The position numbers and the translations under genes were made by a program. The notes beneath the pieces are model-generated. The model did not search any database. It worked only from the letters and a program-made list of their open reading frames with translations, and was not told the DNA's origin. 40,920 bases of DNA from a virus (Duplodnaviria; Caudoviricetes), in IMG/VR virus record IMGVR_UViG_3300021086_000010, positions 1-40,920 of that record; one strand, 5' to 3'. Shown piece after piece: positions 15,975 through 25,416 of the stretch (within the stretch, counting starts at the first letter, position 1; every line of letters starts with the position of its first letter).

Positions 15975-16496
15975 ATGGCATCTTCTTATCAGTTCATCGA
16001 GCCTGGGGCTGGGTTCCCTGGCGTTTCGGCGACTGGCACTGTCCAGCTGATGCGCTTAGGGTTGGTGGCTGGAGCGCATGACGCTTCCTTCGGATATGCG
16101 GAATTCATGTATGTCCGTGGAGCTGCAGCTTCAGCTCCAACTGCCGGCGATGGCTGCTTGGTGGTTGGTAGCTTTGGAGCGCAACAGTTGGTCTCTGGGA
16201 ACACTGGTTCCCGAGGGCCGGTGGGGCTTGCTCCGGCGGCTCTGTCGAATACCAATGTCTTCGGCTGGGTCCAAGTCATGGGTGTAGCCGATTACGTGAA
16301 CATGGGTACTCAGGGCACCGGTGCGGTGGCACTTCCGATAGTGGTAGGAACCACTGCAGGACGCCTGCAGACTACCGCTGGCGCTACCGGGTTCCTCATC
16401 AATGGGCTCTACATCTCGCAGTACAGCACTACCGCCAACTCGAACAGCGGAGTCCTGTTCGCTTATTGGCCGGTATACGACGCGCGTAATCAGTAA
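15975..16496 (+). CDS. Capsid decoration/cement protein
   Basis: G.AEFMYV and FGWVQV.G motifs; strong RBS; follows the MCP gene. Confidence 0.75.
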   Translation: MASSYQFIEPGAGFPGVSATGTVQLMRLGLVAGAHDASFGYAEFMYVRGAAASAPTAGDGCLVVGSFGAQQLVSGNTGSRGPVGLAPAALSNTNVFGWVQVMGVADYVNMGTQGTGAVALPIVVGTTAGRLQTTAGATGFLINGLYISQYSTTANSNSGVLFAYWPVYDARNQ

Positions 16497-16508
16497 GGAA
16501 GGTAACCA

Positions 16509-16547
16509 GAAGGCCCGCTCTCGACGATGGGGGCGGGCCTTCGTTTA
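16509..16547 (+). terminator. Probable intrinsic terminator/attenuator after the head genes
   Basis: GAAGGCCCGCTCT-CGACGAT-GGGGCGGGCCTTC followed by GTTTA (weak U-tract). Confidence 0.55.
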
Positions 16548-16556
16548 GGAGGCATT

Positions 16557-17348
16557 ATGTATCCAGAGATCGATCCGACTGCCCATATCCAGCGAACGGT
16601 GGACAGTGGTAAGGGGGGAGCTTTTAGCCTGAATATGGATACCAGCCAGGATAATGTTCTGGCCATCCGTTTCTTCATCGACACCCGGAAGAACAACCAA
16701 GAATCCAAGAAGCAAGGCCGCTTGGTCTGCGATGACGTGGAGATGGTGGAAATCCGCATTCCGGGCGGCTCGGACATTATCCGCCGGGAGGTGGGGGACG
16801 AAGATCGGGAGCGATTCACCAAGCAGTACCAGGCTTTCCGGGCGGGGATGAGCCAAGATAAGGCTTCCGGAACCCCTCTAGCCGAATGGCCGCTGATGAC
16901 TCGGGCTCAGGTCGAGGAGGCGGGCTACTTCGGGGTTCGGACGGTAGAAGCCATGGCACACATTCAGGACTCCCACATCATGCGGATGGGGCCTGGCTGG
17001 AAGGACATTCGGACCAAGGCGCTCAATTGGCTACAGCAGGCCAAAGACGGAGCCTTGCTAAGCAGGCTCCAGGATGAGCTGGGAGAGCGAGACAGGCGCA
17101 TCGACGCCCTGGAGAAGATGCTCCAGACCCAAGGGAAGGAAATCGAGGCCGCCAGGGCCGCCGGAGGCGCTTTAAGCCCCCTTCCTGTGGTCGGTCCGGA
17201 TTCGCTGGTCACCGAGCTAGCCAAGCAAGTAGCGGCCCTTCAGTTGGCTTCGGCTGCAACTAACCAAGGCCAGCAGTCCCTACCCAAGAAGCGTGGCTGG
17301 CCGAAGGGAAAGCCCCGTAAGCCGATTCTTCCGCCTGCAGAGCCATAA
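16557..17348 (+). CDS. Conserved podovirus head-tail region protein
   Basis: AGGAGG RBS; EMVEIRIPG, RF..QY.AF, GTPLAEWP, VRTVEAMA; coiled coil and basic tail. Confidence 0.8.
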   Translation: MYPEIDPTAHIQRTVDSGKGGAFSLNMDTSQDNVLAIRFFIDTRKNNQESKKQGRLVCDDVEMVEIRIPGGSDIIRREVGDEDRERFTKQYQAFRAGMSQDKASGTPLAEWPLMTRAQVEEAGYFGVRTVEAMAHIQDSHIMRMGPGWKDIRTKALNWLQQAKDGALLSRLQDELGERDRRIDALEKMLQTQGKEIEAARAAGGALSPLPVVGPDSLVTELAKQVAALQLASAATNQGQQSLPKKRGWPKGKPRKPILPPAEP

Positions 17349-18317
17349 GTGCCCAAGACTGCCGTCATCGTTACCCCCGCAGCTGGTGATGGGGTCACTG
17401 TTGCCTTCACTCTGGCTTCCGGAGTGGTCAACGAGGACGTGTACGTTGACCGTATCCACCAGAAGCCGACCACCGACTATTCGATTGCCACTACTACCCT
17501 TACCTTCGTCGTTGCTCCCCCGGCCGCAGCGCTCATCGAGATTTATGGCGATCCGGTGGGGGTACTGGCGGCCGCTGGCCGGGTAGCCAGCCAAACCGGA
17601 TTCGCTACCGCTAAGACCATTATCAATCGAACGGCAATTCAGTGTGGATTGGCTGCGGTGGCTGACCCGGTAGCTTCTACCGATACCAACTTTATCCAGC
17701 TGGTTGAGCTATTAAACATGGTGGGTGGAGAGCTTCTCCAAGAGCACGAGTGGACCCAGCAGATCGTGGAGACCACCATCTCCACCGCTAACGCTGCTAC
17801 TCAGTACGCCCTCCCGGTCGATTGGGACCGGATGCTCAACCAGACCCACTGGAATCGAAGCACCCGATTCGTGATGATCGGCCCGCTGTCTGGGCAGGAA
17901 GTGCAGTATCTCAAGGCCCGCCTGGCCGGGGTGCTGGTCCAAGTAGCTTACCGCATTCAAGGGAATGTGATTACTTTCCCGGTGGCTCCGGCAAATAGCC
18001 AGGTTCTTGCCTACGAGTATATCTCCAATCTCTGGGTCTGGCAGGCAGGCCAAGCCAGCCCCAACCAGAGTTCCATCCTAGCCTCGACTGACATTGTTTT
18101 GTACGATCCGGAGTTGGCTATCTCCTGGCTGCGCCATGCTTTCCGGGAAGCGAAGGGCTTTGACACTACCGCCGAGCGGGAACGCCGGCAGACTCTTCTG
18201 GAAGCGGTTATCGCTAAGAACGTGGGCTCCAAGATTCTCGATCTGGGCGGAATCGGCTTCAACGCCGATCACCTGATCGACGCGGCCAATCTTCCGATTA
18301 CAGGTTACGGGCAGTGA
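17349..18317 (+). CDS. Tail tubular protein A / head-tail adaptor with N-terminal extension
   Basis: YALPVDW.R....T.WNR, YEYIS..W, P.TGYG C-terminus; synteny. Confidence 0.8.
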   Translation: MPKTAVIVTPAAGDGVTVAFTLASGVVNEDVYVDRIHQKPTTDYSIATTTLTFVVAPPAAALIEIYGDPVGVLAAAGRVASQTGFATAKTIINRTAIQCGLAAVADPVASTDTNFIQLVELLNMVGGELLQEHEWTQQIVETTISTANAATQYALPVDWDRMLNQTHWNRSTRFVMIGPLSGQEVQYLKARLAGVLVQVAYRIQGNVITFPVAPANSQVLAYEYISNLWVWQAGQASPNQSSILASTDIVLYDPELAISWLRHAFREAKGFDTTAERERRQTLLEAVIAKNVGSKILDLGGIGFNADHLIDAANLPITGYGQ

Positions 18318-19960
18318 CTCTCGCCGCTCGTCGCCATGGACGACCACAGCTGGCTAGGTTGACGCAAATCCCTGCGCCCACCGGGGGACTCAATCGGATT
18401 GATCCAGTAGCCGCCCTGCCTCCGGGAGACTGCACTCTCTTATCCAACCTGGTCGCCGCCGAGTTTGGCCTGCGGTCTCGGCTGGGGTTCCACGAGTGGG
18501 TGACCAATCTGACCGGGACTATTGATAATACGGTCCGGACCATCATGCCGTTTGGTGGGTCCAAACAGAATCACTCGACCGATAGGGTGTTTGCCACTAC
18601 TGACAAAGGCATCTGGGATGTCACTGCTTCCACCCAAGCCCCGGCCGCTCCGGCGGGGGTGACTGCCTTCGGAACGGTGAACGCAGATTCTGGTCGTGGC
18701 TCTTCGGTGGTGGCGGTAGATAATACTGGCGCTCATAACCTGATCTATTGCGACGAGGCCAATGGGTATTTCGTCTATCGCGAAGCCACTGCCGACTGGG
18801 TAAAGGTGGCCCAAGGGGCTGGGGCTACGCAGGTAGCCGCTCCCGCTGATCCGACTCAGTTCGTCCAAGTCTGTCTCTACGCCAGCCGCCTCTGGTTTGT
18901 GCAGAAGGATTCAACCAAAGCCTGGTATCTGGGCGTTTTCGGTGGTCCGGCCATCTACGGAACTGCCAATCAATTTGACTTCGGTCCTTACTTTCGAGGC
19001 GGTGGTACCCTGATCGGACTCTATAACTGGACCATCGACGGCGGCAGCGGGGTCATCAATCGGCTGGTAGCTGTTTCTACCAGCGGAGATATTGTCATCT
19101 TCCAGGGAATCGATCCGTCCCTAGCCGTCCAGTGGAGCCTGGTGGGCATCTGGAATGTTGGTAACATGCCGGCCGGACGGAACATTGCCACTACTTTTGG
19201 CGGGGACCTGCTGGTTCTCTCTACCATCGGAGTAATTCCTCTCTCCCGACTGGTGATCGGGAACCCGATCGTAGATCGAACGCAGTATGCCACCTACAAA
19301 ATCACCAACTTGTTCAACTTCCTGATGTATAGTTTCTCCGCCCAGAAGGGCTGGAGCATCCGACTCAATCCTCAAGACAACACGTTTATGATTACCGTGC
19401 CAGCGACCGGAGGCAAGACCCAGCTGGTGATGGCTTTGACCAACCGGAGCTGGACGCAATACACCGGGCTGGATATCAACTGCAACGAGATTCTCAATGG
19501 GGTGATGTACTTCGGCACCACCGATGGGCGAGTCTGCCAGCATACTGATTACATTGACGGTGTGCTACTCTCCAACCCCAACGCCTTTACCCCGATCACC
19601 TGTCAGTTGCTCACCGCTTTCCAGAGCCTCGGGACCCCTATCAAGAAAGTCCTGCAGATTATTCGCCCACGGTTTCTTGCTCAGGGCATCACACCGAACG
19701 TTGCCATAGCTGCCAAATATGACTTTGACCTATCCGTCCCGGCCGCTCCTACCGGACAGGCCTTGGCCAGCGGATCAGCCGTGTGGGATACTGCGGTATG
19801 GGACACGGCTCTCTGGCAAGCTGATTATGTAGCCTCGGAGAGCCTGGCCGGAGGTCAGGGAATGGGCGTCTATGCCGCGGTGGCGATCGCGTTTCAGGCG
19901 GTAGCCCGAACCATTCTGGTTGGTTTCGACTTATCAATAGAGAGCGGCGGCTTGATGTGA
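18314..19960 (+). CDS. Tail tubular protein B / nozzle (P22 gp10-like)
   Basis: PAPTGGLN..D, RLWFVQKDSTKAWYL, WTIDGGSG, WDTAVWDTALW; beta-propeller character. Confidence 0.85.
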   Translation: MTLAARRHGRPQLARLTQIPAPTGGLNRIDPVAALPPGDCTLLSNLVAAEFGLRSRLGFHEWVTNLTGTIDNTVRTIMPFGGSKQNHSTDRVFATTDKGIWDVTASTQAPAAPAGVTAFGTVNADSGRGSSVVAVDNTGAHNLIYCDEANGYFVYREATADWVKVAQGAGATQVAAPADPTQFVQVCLYASRLWFVQKDSTKAWYLGVFGGPAIYGTANQFDFGPYFRGGGTLIGLYNWTIDGGSGVINRLVAVSTSGDIVIFQGIDPSLAVQWSLVGIWNVGNMPAGRNIATTFGGDLLVLSTIGVIPLSRLVIGNPIVDRTQYATYKITNLFNFLMYSFSAQKGWSIRLNPQDNTFMITVPATGGKTQLVMALTNRSWTQYTGLDINCNEILNGVMYFGTTDGRVCQHTDYIDGVLLSNPNAFTPITCQLLTAFQSLGTPIKKVLQIIRPRFLAQGITPNVAIAAKYDFDLSVPAAPTGQALASGSAVWDTAVWDTALWQADYVASESLAGGQGMGVYAAVAIAFQAVARTILVGFDLSIESGGLM

Positions 19961-20364
19961 TTGAAGTCCGAGCAGCTTCACCAGAGCACTATCCTTGGAT
20001 CGCCCAGAAAGCCAACTTGGTGATTAGCAATGTATTTCGAGCACTGGAAGCGGTGAGTGGAGATCGGATCTTGGGGATGGTCGGCTACGATGCTTGGACA
20101 CCTAACTCTTGCGCCATGCACGTAGCTATCGAGGAGCCAATCGCTATCCGTAGACTGATTCACAAGGCCTTTGAGATCCCATTTGTCAGCTTCGGACGTG
20201 GAGTGATTTTCGGCTCGGTGCTTTCTACCAATCCCCGAGCCTTGGCGCTGGATCTGCACCTAGGCTTTCGGGAACTGGCCAGACTACGAGATGCCTGGAT
20301 GGTGGGTATTGACTTGATTCTCTTAGAGATGCGGCGGGAAGACTGCCGCTGGTTGAGGAAATAA
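19957..20364 (+). CDS. GNAT-like acetyltransferase of the tail module
   Basis: N..AL.L..HLGFRE...LRDA; typical position after the nozzle gene. Confidence 0.8.
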   Translation: MIEVRAASPEHYPWIAQKANLVISNVFRALEAVSGDRILGMVGYDAWTPNSCAMHVAIEEPIAIRRLIHKAFEIPFVSFGRGVIFGSVLSTNPRALALDLHLGFRELARLRDAWMVGIDLILLEMRREDCRWLRK

Positions 20365-21197
20365 TGGGCGGCATGCCGGGTGGTGGCAAGGGCGGTAATG
20401 CACCGAGCGCTCCCAATTTTACCCAAGCGGCTACCCCGACCCAGACCAACCCGTTCGGAGTAACTTCGCAGTGGACTCCTTCGGGACCGGGTGGCGCGGA
20501 CGAGGCTGGCTTCATGCAGCAGATGAACTCCCAAGGCGTGCCGGAGCCGATGCGGGCGCAGATGCTCGCTCAGTTCCGGGCTCAGCACGGGCTTGGTCAG
20601 ATGACCCAGACGAGCAGTTTTACTGGGCCGTTGAAGCAAGGGGTTGGTGAGATGGAGGGCCAGATCGCTTCTGCTTGGGGGAAGCCACTGGACACCGGGC
20701 AGCAGGCCCGAGATGCTGCTCAGCAAGCCATTTATGGCCGGGAGACCAGCCAACTTGATCCGCAGTGGCAGCAGCGAGAGTCGCAGTTCAACTCACAAAT
20801 GGCCGCCCAGGGTCTAACGCCTGGCGGTGAGGCTTATGATCGAGCTCGCGGTGACTTTGATCGAGCCCGTACAAATGCTTACCAGCAGGCCAGCTACGGC
20901 TCCATAATCGGCGGCGGGCAGGAAGGCCAGCGCCAGCAGCAGATGGATATCACCTCCCGAATGGCACCAGAGCAAGCCTTGGAGGGCTTGGCTGGGCTGA
21001 CCGGACAGTCCCAGAACCCGCTCCTGCCAGCAGCTATCGCGCAGTACCAAGGCGCCCTGCAGAATTACGGAATTCAACAGCAGGGCAAGAATTCTACCAT
21101 GGGTGGCCTGACTGGCCTCGGCGGTAACTTGGGGAGCGCCAGCATCCTCGGATCCAAGCTGGGTCCGAAGGCGGCTCCGGCGGCGGGGGCATCATAA
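20364..21197 (+). CDS. Internal virion / DNA ejection protein
   Basis: G/Q-rich; MGG..GGK..AP.AP, QTNPFG...W, QGLTPG.EAY; synteny. Confidence 0.75.
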   Translation: MGGMPGGGKGGNAPSAPNFTQAATPTQTNPFGVTSQWTPSGPGGADEAGFMQQMNSQGVPEPMRAQMLAQFRAQHGLGQMTQTSSFTGPLKQGVGEMEGQIASAWGKPLDTGQQARDAAQQAIYGRETSQLDPQWQQRESQFNSQMAAQGLTPGGEAYDRARGDFDRARTNAYQQASYGSIIGGGQEGQRQQQMDITSRMAPEQALEGLAGLTGQSQNPLLPAAIAQYQGALQNYGIQQQGKNSTMGGLTGLGGNLGSASILGSKLGPKAAPAAGAS

Positions 21198-21200
21198 TTT

Positions 21201-22685
21201 ATGGACCCCGAACTACTCCAACGACTCGCTGCGGCGGGGATGACCGAAGAGCAGCTGCGCATGCTGGCGCCGCAGCTCCATCTCGGTATGGGCATGCTAC
21301 AGCCGCAAGAGGCCCAAGGCCGGAACGTCGGCGGCACCTACGTCGCCTCGTCGCCGATCGAGCACCTCTCCAACGCTTTCCGGCAGATGGTGGGCGCCAA
21401 GCTGGCCGGAGGGGCTCTGGGCAGTGAGCGGGACCTTCTTGCCAAGAAGCAGCAGGCTATTCAGGACTGGCAGCAGGCGATGCAGACGGCTCAGCAGGGC
21501 GGCTCCGGGGGGACCTTGGGCACGGAAGGTGGCGGGATGGCCAGGCCGCCCGATCCGCGGGCTGCCCAGCAATTAATGATGGCCGGGGCTGCCAGTGGGG
21601 TTCCAGCCCTTCAGCGCGGAGCGCAGTTTGGGCTACAGGAGATGAACTACCAACGTCAATTGGAGATGATGCGCAGTCTGATGGGCTATCGCGGAGGCAG
21701 ACTAGAACAAAGCCAAGAGAGGATCGATCAAGCCGAACGTGGGCAAAGCCTCGGAACTGACATCTGGGGAAATAAGGTCATGGTTCCCAAGCTAGCGCCC
21801 AAGGGGGGGGCCCAGAGAGCCCCCTCGGCACTTCCGGGAGCGACCGGAGCCCTATCGCCAGACCTCTCCAATCAAGGGGCAGCGGCAATCCCGACGACTA
21901 CTCCGATGCAGGACGGAAACCCGCAAGACCCTCGTCTCGCCGCGCCGGGCGCCGCTCCACAATCCCCGCCGCAGGGCGGAGCAGGGGGCGAACCAGAGAG
22001 GGTTCCGGGACTCCCCAACACCATTCTCGATTCTCTGACAAAACAGTGGAAGATTACTGGCCAAGTTCCAGCGGTCCCTGGGCTCACCTCCGGCGCCCAT
22101 GGCCTCATTTTCAAGGCAATGAGTCAGCGTGCTGCCGAGCTTTATCCGGATATCGACTTTGCTAAGGATAAGGCAAAGTATGCCAGTAATGTAGATGCCC
22201 ATCGGGTCCTGACTACGCAGTATCGCAGCGTCAAGGCTTTTCAGGATACGGCTGAGCGCAATGCCGACGTAGCGGAGGGCATTCTCAAGAAGGTCGAAGA
22301 TACCGGGATTCCGCTGGCCAACGCTCCGGTTCGTTGGGTGATGAATAAACTGGCCGGCAGTCCTGCTCAGGCTCAGTTCGGTCTGGCCATGCAGATCGTT
22401 GGTAATGAATATTCCAAGATTGTCAGCGGTGGCACCATGGGACAGCGGCTGACTGACTCCCAGCGGCATGAGATCGGCAAGGAAGGATTTAGCCCAGACA
22501 TTACCGTGGGCCAGTTCCGCGGAATTCGGCAGGTACTTAGTCAAGACGCACAAAATCGAGTAGGTGCCTTGGAAACAGGAATGCGAGAGCTAGAAGGCGA
22601 AATGTCCGGAAAGCCGGCAGAAGTACCCAAGCCTCCCGGTAAGGCCAGACCTGATCTACGTCAGAAGTATGGACTCCCGCAATGA
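21201..22685 (+). CDS. Internal virion / DNA ejection protein
   Basis: 494 aa, A/G/Q-rich and helical; synteny. Confidence 0.7.
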   Translation: MDPELLQRLAAAGMTEEQLRMLAPQLHLGMGMLQPQEAQGRNVGGTYVASSPIEHLSNAFRQMVGAKLAGGALGSERDLLAKKQQAIQDWQQAMQTAQQGGSGGTLGTEGGGMARPPDPRAAQQLMMAGAASGVPALQRGAQFGLQEMNYQRQLEMMRSLMGYRGGRLEQSQERIDQAERGQSLGTDIWGNKVMVPKLAPKGGAQRAPSALPGATGALSPDLSNQGAAAIPTTTPMQDGNPQDPRLAAPGAAPQSPPQGGAGGEPERVPGLPNTILDSLTKQWKITGQVPAVPGLTSGAHGLIFKAMSQRAAELYPDIDFAKDKAKYASNVDAHRVLTTQYRSVKAFQDTAERNADVAEGILKKVEDTGIPLANAPVRWVMNKLAGSPAQAQFGLAMQIVGNEYSKIVSGGTMGQRLTDSQRHEIGKEGFSPDITVGQFRGIRQVLSQDAQNRVGALETGMRELEGEMSGKPAEVPKPPGKARPDLRQKYGLPQ

Positions 22686-23398
22686 CCGAAGAGGAGATGA
22701 TGAAGGACCTGGCAGAAGCTGATTCCGCCGGAGATACTGAGCTTGCCCAAGCCATCGCTACCCACATCAAGGCGACCCGAGCTCCAGCCAAACCGCCGGG
22801 ACTGCTGCAGCGGGCTGTCAGCAACTACCAGCAATTTTCGCGGGACGCAAAAGAAGAACAGCAACGTCGCAACCCGGGCGGTGGTTTACTCGACAAAGAT
22901 GCCGGAGATGTGACGAGTGGTATTTCCTCTTTTCTGTCAGGCCTTCCGGGAGCGCAGCCTGGTTCTGCTGAACAGGAGCAGCGTCTTGGTCAGTTCAGAC
23001 AAGAACATCCGATTCTTGGGCGAGCTCTGCCGATCGCCGGAGCCATGGGCAGTCCAGTTCCGGGGCCACTCAGGTATCAAATGGGTAATCCGTACCTAGG
23101 AATGAATCCTAAGTTGGCCTCGGTAGGACCGGCCTTGCCAGAGGCCATGCTTGCAGCGAAAGGACCGATCTCGGCAGCTCTGACCAGTGCAGGGGAAAAG
23201 CTGAGTAGTATGCCGATGCGAGAGCCGGATCTGCTCGACGTGATTCTCGCCTCGATGGGGAAGAAAGGAATGATCGCTGCGGGGGTTCGTAAATTTGCTC
23301 CGGCGGTGGGGGGAGCAGTTCTCAAGAAAGCCGGAGCCATGACGGATCCGGCCTTGCTCCGAGGCGCACTGCGCGGAGCTGGGCAAGAAGTCCAATAG
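22682..23398 (+). CDS. Internal virion / ejection protein
   Basis: L..AD.AGD.E.A..IA N-terminal motif; ATGA coupling. Confidence 0.65.
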   Translation: MTEEEMMKDLAEADSAGDTELAQAIATHIKATRAPAKPPGLLQRAVSNYQQFSRDAKEEQQRRNPGGGLLDKDAGDVTSGISSFLSGLPGAQPGSAEQEQRLGQFRQEHPILGRALPIAGAMGSPVPGPLRYQMGNPYLGMNPKLASVGPALPEAMLAAKGPISAALTSAGEKLSSMPMREPDLLDVILASMGKKGMIAAGVRKFAPAVGGAVLKKAGAMTDPALLRGALRGAGQEVQ

Positions 23399-23405
23399 GA
23401 AACCC

Positions 23406-24302
23406 ATGAAACATCTCCCATCGATCATCCTCGGCCTCTTGGCCGGGGCGTTCTTCTCTGCGGCCGGCGTGGCGATAGCTTCACGGAATGCGGCTGGCAC
23501 ATTCTCGCTTTTTACCCCGGGCAATCCGGTAGTCACTGCCACCACTATCTCTTCGGCTTGGGCGAACAACACATTAAACGACCTGGCCACGGAAATGACT
23601 GACTCTCTTTCCCGATCCGGCAAGGGTGCCATGCTGGCTAGCCTGCAGCTCTTCGACGGAACCGTCACGTCTCCGGGGCTCAATTTCGGATCGGCGGCGG
23701 GCTCGGGCCTGTATAAGATCGGCACCAACGACTTTGGATTTTCCGTCAACCAGGTAAAGAGTACGGAGTGGAAGACGACCGGATTCGCGGTCACGGCCGT
23801 GACCGGCGGCAGCGCAAGCGCGTGGGTTAGCTCCCCAAGCGCCACGCAGCAGGCGCGGTATATGCTTCAGGACCAGGGGACCGACAAGTTCGGGCTGGTG
23901 AAACAAACCGACAACTCAGCGCTGTTCTTCGATTTTGCGAACAGCCGTGCCATCTGGAGTGTGGCAACCGGCGCTACGGCTCCGATGACCATAGATGCCG
24001 GTGCGAAGATCGGCGCCAGCGGCACGGCGATTAGCGCAAGCTTCCGGGGCACCATGAGCATTACGCCCGGGACGGTTATTGCTGCCCAATGTGTAAGCCA
24101 GACCCTTACCCTTACCGGTGCTACCGCCGGATCTGATTGTCTTTTGACAGCACCGGACGCAGGCGGCACTTCTTCGGATTTCTTGATTCCGCGTTGTTTT
24201 GTCACTACCGACACATGTAACATGCGGCTATGCAACTCGAGCACCGGATCTGTTGTAGATAACACCGCCAGGACATACGCCTGCCGAGTATTTAATACTT
24301 AG
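23406..24302 (+). CDS. Tail fibre protein with N-terminal signal peptide and six-Cys C-terminal domain
   Basis: SRNAAGTFSL..PGNPVVTATTISSAWANNTLNDLATEMTDSLSRSG is a podoviral fibre anchor motif; DGTVTSPGLNF..SGLY repeat; preceded by a 25-aa hydrophobic leader. Confidence 0.8.
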   Translation: MKHLPSIILGLLAGAFFSAAGVAIASRNAAGTFSLFTPGNPVVTATTISSAWANNTLNDLATEMTDSLSRSGKGAMLASLQLFDGTVTSPGLNFGSAAGSGLYKIGTNDFGFSVNQVKSTEWKTTGFAVTAVTGGSASAWVSSPSATQQARYMLQDQGTDKFGLVKQTDNSALFFDFANSRAIWSVATGATAPMTIDAGAKIGASGTAISASFRGTMSITPGTVIAAQCVSQTLTLTGATAGSDCLLTAPDAGGTSSDFLIPRCFVTTDTCNMRLCNSSTGSVVDNTARTYACRVFNT

Positions 24303-24311
24303 TATCATACC

Positions 24312-24758
24312 TCAATGTGCAGCTATCAACGTAGTTGTCAATTTAAGCATCACGCCGCATCCGCTCGCGCTCCCCAGGCCCTGCGCCGTAAGGGTATTCC
24401 CGTTGAGCATTAAAATGCCAGAGAAATAGGTAAAGACTACAGCGGAACAGGCCGTAAACGCAATCGGTGGACATCTCAACTGGCCATCCCATTGAGCATG
24501 CTGGCCCGTACCGATAGCAACGACGGAACCGGATCCGTCGGGACATACGCCAAGAACAACAGCACGATCGCGAGATACGGAAATATCCAATCGCCCAATA
24601 TAGCTGGATGGTGGATTACCCTCAAATACAACGCTAGTCGGTCCAACCCATGTTCCGCCAAATCCCGGATCTAGGGGAGGTGGAGGTGGCGGTGGGACAC
24701 TGCCGGTGGGTGATCCGCCACAAGCAACACACAGCAACAATACGCTTAATGCACGCAT
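24312..24758 (-). CDS. Lipoprotein encoded antisense to the late operon (moron-like)
   Basis: MRALSVLLLCVA-C lipobox, poly-Pro linker, beta-rich domain with four more Cys. Confidence 0.8.
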   Translation of the reverse strand: MRALSVLLLCVACGGSPTGSVPPPPPPPLDPGFGGTWVGPTSVVFEGNPPSSYIGRLDISVSRDRAVVLGVCPDGSGSVVAIGTGQHAQWDGQLRCPPIAFTACSAVVFTYFSGILMLNGNTLTAQGLGSASGCGVMLKLTTTLIAAH

Positions 24759-24785
24759 GATTTTCCTCCTCGAAACATAGACAGA

Positions 24786-25091
24786 ATGCCTGCCGAGCCC
24801 TCAGTCATGGCCATGGTGCTGGCCGAGTTGACCCTCATCCGACAATCTATCACAGAAATGCGGACTGAAGTCAACGGTAAGCTGGGACTCCATGCCAGCG
24901 ACATTGCTCGATTGATCGAATGGCGGGAAACGCACGAGCAGATGGCCCAGGCAAATCGGGAGCTTATTCGACAGAACCAGGACACGATCAGCGAGATTCG
25001 AGGTGGGCTCCGGGCCATCCGATGGATCGGAGGAGCCATCGGAGCCATTTTGGCTGCGGTAGAGGCCTGGCTCCATCGGGGCAGGCCATGA
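24786..25091 (+). CDS. Coiled-coil protein with C-terminal TM segment (holin/XhlA-like)
   Basis: Heptad region followed by WIGGAIGAILAAV; start of the lysis region. Confidence 0.65.
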   Translation: MPAEPSVMAMVLAELTLIRQSITEMRTEVNGKLGLHASDIARLIEWRETHEQMAQANRELIRQNQDTISEIRGGLRAIRWIGGAIGAILAAVEAWLHRGRP

Positions 25092-25186
25092 AGTTGCTCC
25101 TCATCGCCCTAGGCTGCGGAGTGGCTGCTTACATCGGCTTCGTAATCTGGTTTGCCTGGCGCTTCTGGCGCAAGGAAAAGCGATGA
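25088..25186 (+). CDS. 32-aa single-TM peptide
   Basis: MKLLLIALGCGVAAYIGFVIWFAWRFWRKEKR; ATGA overlaps at both ends. Confidence 0.7.
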   Translation: MKLLLIALGCGVAAYIGFVIWFAWRFWRKEKR

Positions 25187-25407
25187 AGTGGTTTTGTTTG
25201 CTTCTCATGATGGGAGCGCAGTCCGAAGATCCGCCAGTCCCGCCCGACGCCGGGATTCATGAGATGTGTCGAGATCGAGCGCATAGGGCACATTGTGATT
25301 GTTATAGTCACTGCGGCGAACTTGATGACCCAGGGCCGCGCGATATGTGTAAACAGGGCTGCGAAGATGCCGAGCAACGGGAGATGGCCAGATGCGACGC
25401 CACGTAG
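25183..25407 (+). CDS. Small exported Cys-rich protein
   Basis: Short hydrophobic leader, PPVPPDAG linker, seven Cys in the mature part. Confidence 0.7.
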   Translation: MKWFCLLLMMGAQSEDPPVPPDAGIHEMCRDRAHRAHCDCYSHCGELDDPGPRDMCKQGCEDAEQREMARCDAT

Positions 25408-25416
25408 AGGTACAGC

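Noticed and set aside
10561-23845. Long antisense ORFs (e.g. 10561-11223, 15055-15813, 21852-22553, 23096-23845)
   Set aside because: Shadow frames of GC3-biased structural genes, with no SDs or motifs.
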